From a virus: a DNA stretch of 64,000 nucleotides. A program made the position numbers and the translations under genes. The notes under the pieces were generated by a model that had not been told where the DNA came from, did no database searches, and saw only the letters and a program-made list of their open reading frames with translations. Below, piece by piece: positions 19,395-28,300 of the stretch. The stretch covers positions 20,336-84,335 of the IMG/VR virus record IMGVR_UViG_3300024259_001888. One strand, written 5' to 3'. Each line of letters begins with the position of its first letter. The first letter of the stretch is position 1.

Positions 19395-20843
19395 TTATTC
19401 TGCCTTGATTATGAATTCATCATTTGATAAACTATCTGAATCAGTCGTCAAATAACCATCCTTTTCTGCTCTGATTCTGTATACGGTTTCTGTTTTTAAT
19501 CCAATCAAAAGAATCTCACCAGAGTCATCAGTTGTACCCATTGCCTTTCCATTAATAGAAATTTTAGCTCCTGGCAATGCTGCTCCAGTGACAAAATCTT
19601 TTGGCCGCAATCTAACATTGACAGTTAAAGCTTCACTAGATGAATCAGAAGAATCGCAAGAAGAACAGCAAGAAGAACAGCAACTTGATGAAGTTAGATC
19701 AGGCACTTCATAATCAACAGTGGAATTCGTTATGTTTCCACCACAATTAGTTGATATAACAGCCAAACTTCCTTCTCCTGACTCTTCGGGAGTAAAAACA
19801 TATTGTTCATAAGCAGAAGTGTATGTAAGAGTATAAGAGCCATAACATTTCTTAGCGGTTGTTACATCATCTCCACTTGCTGATAAAACTGGAGGATCAA
19901 TTTCATCCCCACGTTCATCAAAAAAAGTACCAGTAGCAGTAGATGAAAGACCGCTAACATACTTATATGGTAAACTTTCCTTGGATGTTCCAGCAAAAGA
20001 AACTGATATTTCATCATCGCCAGATCCGCCAACTTCAACTGGCAAATCGGAAGCTACTAAAGAAATTGTTCCAAGAGTATTAATAACAGAAATAGAACCG
20101 ACATCAGAACCTAAAAGAACTCGAGCGAAATAATTAGAGCCTATTTCATAATCTGTAGAATTTCCATCTTCATCTACGTTATCTCCATCTTCAATGCTTA
20201 TTGAAACTTCACAATCATAAACTATTTCTTCGGGATCTTCTGGAGCATCATCTTGTTCGTCTCCTTGCCCTGGTTCAGAAACTGTTACAGAAGCTGTTGT
20301 TGAAACAACACTTCCACTAGCACAATCTCCTATGGCAATAACCATTGTTGTTCCAACGGCTCCGGGAGTAACAATGACTTTAGTATAATAAGTTGTGTAC
20401 TGAACTTTTAAAACTCCATACAAACCTTCTTGAACTTGAATGGTTTTCTCATCATTTACATACTGATTTGATCCAGAAGCCGAACCATCTCGACGGTAAA
20501 GTGTTCCTTGTTCAGTTATTGTTACTGATCCAATAGCAGGATATGGTAATGTAGCAGTATTGCTACCATTGAGTGTAACATAGACATCGCTATCGACCCC
20601 CACAGAAGCTCTACCTGTGCCACCTGTAACAACCCTTCCTGTTGTGCTTTTGATTTGCACATTACTGACATCTGAGCCTTTAAAGAGCCGCATACTAACA
20701 GCTTTACCGGCTTCAGGATTTCCATCATTATCTTCAGAAGCAGTAGTTAAAGAAAAATCACAACTATAATTTCTTTTTCCATATTCTGGAGCTAATGGAT
20801 CATTCATAACTACGCTAACACTTGTGGATACAGTTTCAACCAT
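19395..20843 (-). CDS. Tail protein with two repeated beta modules, Ser/Cys linker and carboxypeptidase-regulatory/PEGA-like C-domain
   Basis: Two ~170-aa repeats; SSSCCSSCCSSCDSS; 'DFVTGAALPGAKISING..GTTDDSG...YRIRAEKDGY'. Confidence 0.65.
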   Translation of the reverse strand: MVETVSTSVSVVMNDPLAPEYGKRNYSCDFSLTTASEDNDGNPEAGKAVSMRLFKGSDVSNVQIKSTTGRVVTGGTGRASVGVDSDVYVTLNGSNTATLPYPAIGSVTITEQGTLYRRDGSASGSNQYVNDEKTIQVQEGLYGVLKVQYTTYYTKVIVTPGAVGTTMVIAIGDCASGSVVSTTASVTVSEPGQGDEQDDAPEDPEEIVYDCEVSISIEDGDNVDEDGNSTDYEIGSNYFARVLLGSDVGSISVINTLGTISLVASDLPVEVGGSGDDEISVSFAGTSKESLPYKYVSGLSSTATGTFFDERGDEIDPPVLSASGDDVTTAKKCYGSYTLTYTSAYEQYVFTPEESGEGSLAVISTNCGGNITNSTVDYEVPDLTSSSCCSSCCSSCDSSDSSSEALTVNVRLRPKDFVTGAALPGAKISINGKAMGTTDDSGEILLIGLKTETVYRIRAEKDGYLTTDSDSLSNDEFIIKAE

Positions 20844-20845
20844 AA

Positions 20846-21127
20846 CTACACCCTCACAACAGGAATGTTTTCAACCTGCCTAATTCTTTTTCCTTTGCCA
20901 ATAATCTTACAAACATTAGAGCTTCCACTTATCGAAATTAAAACCGCCACATAATCACCTGAATTATAAGTTAGTGAAGATGTATTCTCAATAAAAGTGC
21001 GAACATTCCCAGCAGGAAATTTAATGTCATACACATCATCTTCATAAACTTTAATCACTTGAGCATCTTTATACTGAACATTTTGCAATTCAGCATCTGA
21101 TAAAATAAATTTCACATTAGCTGTCAT
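20846..21127 (-). CDS. Small tail protein (OB-fold-like)
   Basis: 'AQVIKV..D.YDIK......Y.SGDYVAV' pattern; tail context. Confidence 0.5.
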   Translation of the reverse strand: MTANVKFILSDAELQNVQYKDAQVIKVYEDDVYDIKFPAGNVRTFIENTSSLTYNSGDYVAVLISISGSSNVCKIIGKGKRIRQVENIPVVRV

Positions 21128-21450
21128 AAGTATTCCTCAAAGCTGGCTGTGGATAATGACATTTCGAGACTCTTAGCTGTTCCAGAAATAGTTACACTCA
21201 TTACTTTTTTATTTCCAGAAAGCCCAAGCACTCCATCTGAAACAGAAACAAGATCTCCGTCCATAATGGATGTAGAATCTGTAGTTTTCTTAAACGGAAC
21301 GCCTAAAGATTGATTATGAATTAAATACCACTGCTTATCTATTTCATATTTCCCACGAATGACGGCATCAGAAGGAGTCACCAACATCTTATCTTCGACT
21401 TCCTGCATTTCTTTATCGCCTTCGCCTCTTATGCAAAATACTTCTATCAT
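21124..21450 (-). CDS. Putative tail hub-associated protein
   Basis: Tail context; 'GDLVSVSD..LGL.G..KV.SVTI' resembles C-terminal hub domains. Confidence 0.5.
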   Translation of the reverse strand: MIEVFCIRGEGDKEMQEVEDKMLVTPSDAVIRGKYEIDKQWYLIHNQSLGVPFKKTTDSTSIMDGDLVSVSDGVLGLSGNKKVMSVTISGTAKSLEMSLSTASFEEYL

Positions 21451-21462
21451 TTTAAATCCCCA

Positions 21463-21996
21463 CTATGATGAAGTTCCAATAAAGAAAATTAACATCGGCC
21501 CAACAACTCCAGATTGAAACCTGTATGTGTCGTATTTAGTTACATAGGTGACTTTATATACTGCATAAACTTCTTTATCGGCAGTGACTGTTTTACTTCC
21601 TGGAGTTGTTGATAAAGAAGTTGATGTTGGCGACCCTTCTTTATCGTACACACTGCCGATAAGAGTAGCGGAAAAATTTGAATGTAAAACTTTTGACAAA
21701 CTAGCTGTTTGAGAACCTTGGAAAATAATATACTCATCATCATCATCTGGATATGGAACTGTCGCTGTTAAGCCTGACTGAGCCTTAGAAACAGTTCCAA
21801 TATTATTATTGTAAACAATACTTGCAATATTCGTTGACTTAAAAAGCCTTAAAATATATGAAGTCCCAACAAGATAAGTTGTAACTCCATCATTGTCATC
21901 TTTATTCACTTCCGCTTCTAAAAGAAGACTTTCATCTCCGGGATCCGGAACGGCTGTGACAATAGTTACGGTTAAGCTCGTGCTAGTGGTTGCCAT
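21463..21996 (-). CDS. Tail protein (single copy of the repeated beta module)
   Basis: Similar to the repeats in 19395-20843 (DNDG...LRLFKS...Y.VTY.T.Y). Confidence 0.6.
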   Translation of the reverse strand: MATTSTSLTVTIVTAVPDPGDESLLLEAEVNKDDNDGVTTYLVGTSYILRLFKSTNIASIVYNNNIGTVSKAQSGLTATVPYPDDDDEYIIFQGSQTASLSKVLHSNFSATLIGSVYDKEGSPTSTSLSTTPGSKTVTADKEVYAVYKVTYVTKYDTYRFQSGVVGPMLIFFIGTSS

Positions 21997-22006
21997 TTAT
22001 GCTCTC

Positions 22007-23779
22007 CTATGTTTGCTTCGCTGTTATTTGAGAAAGAACTTCTGTAAAAATTAATGGATCACATGGCCGATTTACTACCAGCTTATATAATGCATATTTT
22101 GAAGTATAAGAAATTAAAACTGGTTCATCCTCGATTGTCCCTTCTGAATTAACAATATTATATCCACTAACATAGCTGTATTCCGAAGAAGGAATGTTTG
22201 TGCAATTATATCTTTCAATTAATGTAACTGAATCAATTGGATAAGCTGTTGTTAAAGTCTTTCCTCCAAACCCACTGCTTTCCCTGGTTATTGTTTGAGC
22301 AACTTCTGCGCTGCTTATTGTAAACGAACCAAGAGAACATTCAATTTCATAATCAACAGTAAACGGAGACCTATATAGCCTAATCCAAATTTCATCTCCA
22401 AAAACAAATGTAGTTTTTTCTTCATTGAGATCTTCATCAAGCTCAAGCTTAATGTTTGTTGAAGCTTCCACTATTGGATCCTCATACCCCCTAACAAGCA
22501 CTCTATTCTTACCTGTGGGATATTTTAGAGATTCAGATAAGACATAAATATTATCAAGCCCACTAAATTCAGCAACATTAGTTCCAGCAGTAGAAAAAGA
22601 AATGTATTTAACAATTACTCTATCTGCAAGATCAGTTCGTACCGTACCTCCAACAATCTGAGCAAGCTTATCAACAACTGCTATTGGCGATTCATTTGAA
22701 ACAACAAGAGATCCTTTATATACAACAAAATCATTAATTTGAAACAATAACGTATGATCACTCCCAATTAAAGCTTCCATGATTTCACTCACCATACAAT
22801 CTCTAATCTGCCAAATGTGTGGAACATAATTTTCATCATCTGGGCAAGACCATGTATCTGTAACAGAATCATACACCACTTCCTTGTCGATAACTGGAAT
22901 AGTATAAGGCTCGCCTAGTGTTGCAATGTATGATCTCCCCCAAATCGTAAAAGAAACATCTTTGGGATTTCTTGATGGCTCTCTCTTTTCCAGCATGAAT
23001 CTATATCGTATGTCATCAATATAGATAGAAATTCTTCGTTCTCCGATCCTAGTCATTGGATTACAATTAGCATAAAAAGCTTGACTTGCAAAGGTGACAG
23101 TTGCTTGATTAACATATGAAGATTCAGACATAGTCAATGACCATTTTTCAATTAAGCCATCAACAAGAGTATCATCGACATAAACATGAATCACATGAGA
23201 TTGAGCAGTGTAACTTACATCATCTTCAAGATCATTTAATGATGTGATATCAAGGGTAGCAATTTCGTTTTCAAATATATCTATCAAAGAAATTATTGGA
23301 AGAATAAATGGTGAAGACAAAACATTTAGCCCAACATATTCTCTTTCTACAGGAGACTCTATATTGTTTATGGAAATAATTTCTTCTGAGACTTCAAACC
23401 GATTAACAGATATTACGTCCACAACTATATGAGCTAAATCATTCAAGGATATAACACTGGAAGTTATTTCACCTTCAATACCATTAAGAGAAATGAATGA
23501 AGAAGAAACTTCAAGTTGATTCTTAGAAATAATCGATATAATATCTCCAGCCAAATCATTAACTGAAACTATTTCTACGTTTGGATCTTCACTAACCAAA
23601 TCATTAAGCGCAATTACTGAAGTTGTAATTTCACCTTCAAGGCCATTAACGCCTGTGTAAGATCTCGTAACTTCAATATGATTAAGAGAATATATTACAT
23701 TCGAAAAACTTCTCCACCCTGGAGGAAAAAGCCTTTCGTCTCTAAATGTATATGGATATCTTACTATGAAATCAGTCAT
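22007..23779 (-). CDS. Tail-tip hub-like protein with N-terminal short repeats
   Basis: Repeats (S/A)xNxLEGEIT.S.I.LNDL; central hub-like region (ESPIAVVDKLAQIVGG; NRVLVRG). Confidence 0.6.
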   Translation of the reverse strand: MTDFIVRYPYTFRDERLFPPGWRSFSNVIYSLNHIEVTRSYTGVNGLEGEITTSVIALNDLVSEDPNVEIVSVNDLAGDIISIISKNQLEVSSSFISLNGIEGEITSSVISLNDLAHIVVDVISVNRFEVSEEIISINNIESPVEREYVGLNVLSSPFILPIISLIDIFENEIATLDITSLNDLEDDVSYTAQSHVIHVYVDDTLVDGLIEKWSLTMSESSYVNQATVTFASQAFYANCNPMTRIGERRISIYIDDIRYRFMLEKREPSRNPKDVSFTIWGRSYIATLGEPYTIPVIDKEVVYDSVTDTWSCPDDENYVPHIWQIRDCMVSEIMEALIGSDHTLLFQINDFVVYKGSLVVSNESPIAVVDKLAQIVGGTVRTDLADRVIVKYISFSTAGTNVAEFSGLDNIYVLSESLKYPTGKNRVLVRGYEDPIVEASTNIKLELDEDLNEEKTTFVFGDEIWIRLYRSPFTVDYEIECSLGSFTISSAEVAQTITRESSGFGGKTLTTAYPIDSVTLIERYNCTNIPSSEYSYVSGYNIVNSEGTIEDEPVLISYTSKYALYKLVVNRPCDPLIFTEVLSQITAKQT

Positions 23780-23795
23780 TGCTTTTATCTCTCTT

Positions 23796-24764
23796 TCAAG
23801 AGCTACTTGAAGAACTACTCATACTTGAAGAGCTACTAGAGCCAAATGTCTCCATTAATTCAGATCCATTAATTCCCAAGCTTTCATTTACAAATGTTAG
23901 AATGACAGTCGTATATGATTTACATTCTGTCTTAATCCTAAAAGAACCATCTATGGGATCAGATGATCCTGACCCCAAAAGTGATCGGTCAGACAAATCA
24001 AACACCGCCACTAAACATGAAACACCAGTTATTGCTTCTCCATCTAAATCTCTACACACCCCAATAACATGTGATTTTCCAGTAATTTCAGTTGCCATTG
24101 TAGTATAATTGTATCCAGTAAATGGAACAACCTGAGTAACGCCAAGCTGAGGCCTCAAATCTTCGTATGTATATTGAGGACTATAAACATCAGCATACCC
24201 ATCTTCGCCAACAATAAACATGCCATATGCATTATCAGTCAAGAATGTGTATAAAGTATTTTGTATTTCTGAAAAAAATAATCCTCCTGCAGATACTGCA
24301 ATTTCAATTTCTTTTTCATATGTATCTGGATCATAAGTTTCTTCTGCTAGATTGAACGGAATGTAGTGTTCGACAATATCTCCATAAGTGATTTCAGTTG
24401 AAGATATCCAATCTTCACCACTCGCATTTGCCCAAGGCTTAAGTGTGAATTTAGCAGAAGAATTTGAACCGTTAAAAATCAAAGCAGAAAAAGAAAATAG
24501 CAATGAAGCATCTAATGGAATTAAGCCAACGTGCAGCCTCAATATTGCTGGCCTAATGGCAAGGGCTGTATATTCTACGAGATCCTCTGAGGCATTCATT
24601 TCAGACACCATAGACCCTATCCGTAAAACATTAGTAACAGAAGGCAAGTATCTTCCTTCTTGCACAAGGGTTTCTTCCCCACTGGCTTTATTTCGGATAA
24701 CCCTTCGATAATAGCACCAGTATTCCCAAGACTCTTCAATTGTATTATTAAGATATTCCATCAT
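23796..24764 (-). CDS. Virion-associated protein with DNRLRE-like domain and poly-Ser C-terminus
   Basis: 'AYGMFI......VYS......LRPQLGVT' motif; ends GSSSSSSMSSSSSSS. Confidence 0.6.
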   Translation of the reverse strand: MMEYLNNTIEESWEYWCYYRRVIRNKASGEETLVQEGRYLPSVTNVLRIGSMVSEMNASEDLVEYTALAIRPAILRLHVGLIPLDASLLFSFSALIFNGSNSSAKFTLKPWANASGEDWISSTEITYGDIVEHYIPFNLAEETYDPDTYEKEIEIAVSAGGLFFSEIQNTLYTFLTDNAYGMFIVGEDGYADVYSPQYTYEDLRPQLGVTQVVPFTGYNYTTMATEITGKSHVIGVCRDLDGEAITGVSCLVAVFDLSDRSLLGSGSSDPIDGSFRIKTECKSYTTVILTFVNESLGINGSELMETFGSSSSSSMSSSSSSS

Positions 24765-25348
24765 GATCCATCTTGAATGATAGTAGAAGTATGTATTTCT
24801 GCTTTAACAATGGAAATAGCAACTGATGAACCGGACTGCCATTCTCCATCTACTTTAATCGTTAAGCTATCAGAGTTTCTATAAACTCCAGTTCCATATT
24901 GAATTTCTATTAAATTCCCTAAAAAATTTCCACCTGAATACATTGACATTTCAATAGGAAATCTAAGCTGAACATTAGGGACAAAACACAAGTAATAAAA
25001 TCCAGGAGTAAGAACAGTTACCCCATCAAATTGAAATTGACAATAATCATTTTTCGGCAACAGATCATCCGTTATCCAATCTGAAGATATTACTGGAGAA
25101 GAGCTCGTGTCCAAAAGATTATCTTCACCATAAGCAGGTCTCACTTCACATCTGAACTGGACATCTTTGGCAGGATCAATCGTAGTTATTGAAAATCGAG
25201 GAGTAACTCTTCTCAGAACAAAACTTCGTTTGAAATATAAAGATTGTGCAATCATTATATCAGTTCTTCCAGCCTTAAAGGATGCCACTGAACTTCCATA
25301 TAATAATTGTTCAATAATGTATCCCATTATTATCCCCACTTTTCCCAA
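24761..25348 (-). CDS. Putative virion beta-sandwich protein
   Basis: IAQSLYF...FQFDG.TVLTPGFYYL pattern; tail context. Confidence 0.55.
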   Translation of the reverse strand: MGKVGIIMGYIIEQLLYGSSVASFKAGRTDIMIAQSLYFKRSFVLRRVTPRFSITTIDPAKDVQFRCEVRPAYGEDNLLDTSSSPVISSDWITDDLLPKNDYCQFQFDGVTVLTPGFYYLCFVPNVQLRFPIEMSMYSGGNFLGNLIEIQYGTGVYRNSDSLTIKVDGEWQSGSSVAISIVKAEIHTSTIIQDGS

Positions 25349-28300
25349 TTAACATACAATGAAAGACTAGAAGAAAGATGAGTAAGGTTCCCAAGACCAC
25401 CAGAAGACTGAATAACCATTTTAATCCCCTTGTAGTCTCTATGCTGGCTATCATTAGCTATGGCCTGAACAACACTTGTGACATCAACAATATAAGATCC
25501 TGTTCCAGTAATGGTTGTTCCCGCTGAACCAAGTCCACTGACTAGATATCCATTTGCCTGACCTACTGAACCAGGAGGAATTGGATTACCTGGGTCAACC
25601 CCTTTCACAGTTGCTCCAACAGAACTGCCATAAAAGAAAGTGCTACTAAAGCTAAGACTTGCTGAAATGATTGTAGCATCTTCTGGAATCCCTGTTCCTC
25701 CAACTTCCAAATACGCATGGTATGTATGAGGCCAATTTTGTTCTCCCAATCTTGGAGCAGATTGCCGATATATTCCTCCAAAATCATCCCAATATCCATA
25801 TGTTCCAGCATAATACGTTCCTTGTCCGGAAGCATAAGCAAGTGCTGAAAAACTAGAAGAGCTAGAGCTTCTAGAACTTGAAAAACTTATACTTCGAGAA
25901 GAAGAGCTTGAATAACTTATACTAGAAGAACTACTTGAACTCCTAGAACAAGAATGAGAAAGTGAAGAAGAAGATTTTGAAGAACTCGATACAGAAGTTG
26001 AAGAACTCGATACAGAAGTTGAAGAAGAGGACTTCGAAGAAGAGGACTTCGAAGAAGAAGAAAATGACTCTTCTAACACTTGATATCCATCAGGAATAGG
26101 ATATTCAAAATCAGTTCCACCAAAATTAAGAGTCATAATTGTTTCATAATCAGCAAACATACTAACCATCGGATAAACTTCTCCAGAGATCCCTTCAATA
26201 TGAGCTCCAGTTCCTGCTGTTGGATCACCAGGAGCAAAATTTATTCCACCCCAAACTTTGTATTTAAACCATATCTTTCCAGTACTTGAATTATATGCAA
26301 TTCCAATTACTGGATTGTAAGTGCCAGCATATTCCAGATGCCGCATTACATGTTGACCACCGGGATCAATAACCCCTTCTTTATGGAGATATCCATACGC
26401 ATTTAGTGACCATCCGCCCGCTACATCTCCAAGTCTTTGGCTTAAAGAGGTTGCCAAAGTTCCCACTCCATAACAATCTCCATGAAGAGCATTTGCAGCC
26501 GTGCCAGCAGCTTCAAGTGTAACTTCCCAATACCACTGTCCTTCTGAGGGAATTGGGTATTTTCCTCTAGCAGCGCCAATGGAAGCAGTATTCGAAGTTA
26601 AAGTTAGTTCTCCATTACTAAATGAAATATTAGCATGTGCATCTGATGGATTCATTGTAATGTAAGTATAAGACCCAATATGTTTATTTGGATCAACTCC
26701 TGATCCAGTTCCATAAGCATAAACCTGACCAACAGGACCATTATCGTATGGGTAATTAGTAAATAACTCATAAGCGCCTACATTAACAATTTTAAAATAT
26801 CTTGCCGTAACTTCTGAAAAAATAAGATCAACACTCATTCCCCAACCATTCATCCATTGCCAAGCTGGTTGCACATATGCTTGAACTAGAGACCAGGTTG
26901 AATTATCATTCGATGAATAAACAGTGACAGATCCATAATCACTATTGTACCAGCCTGATCCTTCATTAATTTCAGCATAAAAAGTCAATTTAGAAATTGC
27001 TTGAGCTGATCCTAAATCAACTCCATATGAAAAATCTGATTCCCACAGTGTTCCGCCAGGATGAAGATTAAATATGTTATCTATTACAGTAGGAGCAGCA
27101 GATAAAGTGGTTCCAGTATACGGGGCGGTATCTGGTTCTAAATATAATCCTGTTGCTGGCTCTGCTATCCCATAATAAAACTGAGAAAGAGAAGAGGAGG
27201 AAGAAGATGAATTAGAACTTCTCGATGAAGAACTAGAAGAAGAACTACTTATCGATTCAACAGAAGAACTGGAAGAACTTATAGAAATGCTAACAGAATT
27301 CGAAGAACTGCTGCTTGAAATACTTGAAGAGCTACTGGAAGAATATGAATCTGGGCAAAACCATATGTCTAATCTTGGACGATAATTAATCTCCACTTCG
27401 GAAGGCTTATAAATGTCTTCATTAAAAACATCATAGTCATAAGGATAATAATGAATCATTCCAAGTGCATTATTTTCAACCCAATCAGCGCCATTTATAA
27501 TTTCTTGAACAATATCAGTAACATCAATTGCTGTTGTTACATCTTCATCTCCAAGTGTTCCTCTGAAAGGAGCATAAATACTTGTTCGTGGAACTATTGG
27601 ATCATAGGCATACCACGGTCCAACAGGAACATTGGAATCGCCAATGTCATGCCCGTATATTCGAGTTGCAGAAATTAATAAATCATCACTTTCATTTTGC
27701 TTCGTCGTTAAATGTAAAGTCGCACTTACAAGATGAGTTCTTTTTTGAATGGCTACTTCGGGAAACTTAAGATAGTATCCATACACATAAGAATCATCCA
27801 TCCCAACCCGTAAAGAATTTACGGAAACTATTTGCCATGGATCAGGAGGAAGCCCTACAACGGGAGGAATCTTAGCAACCGTAGCATAATCATTAATTTC
27901 AGGATATACTCTCAAAAAATTATCTACAGCACATGTTGATAACGAATAAGACTGAGAACTAGAACTTATAGACGAACTACTTGATGAAGAACTTTCAGAA
28001 GAAGATAAAGAGCTGGAAGAACTACTGTTAGATTCACTTGAAGAACTAACAGAAAGAATCGAACTGCTTGAACTCGAATAAGATCTATAAGAACTAGATG
28101 AAGAACTTGATCTACTCGAAGAAACTGAAACTGAAGAACTTGAAACTGAAGAACTTGAAACTGAAAGGCTTGAAGAGCTCGAAGAACTACTCGTTGAACT
28201 AGATGAAAAACTTGAAGAGCTTGAAGAGCTATTCGATTCACTAGAAGAACTGCTTGAACTAGAAGAATTGCTAACAGATAAAATAGATGAAGAAGAACTT

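Noticed and set aside
21124-21996. TAG readthrough fusing 21463-21996 to 21124-21450 (same frame, four sense codons apart)
   Set aside because: The downstream gene has its own GGGGA RBS, and in-frame adjacency occurs one time in three by chance.
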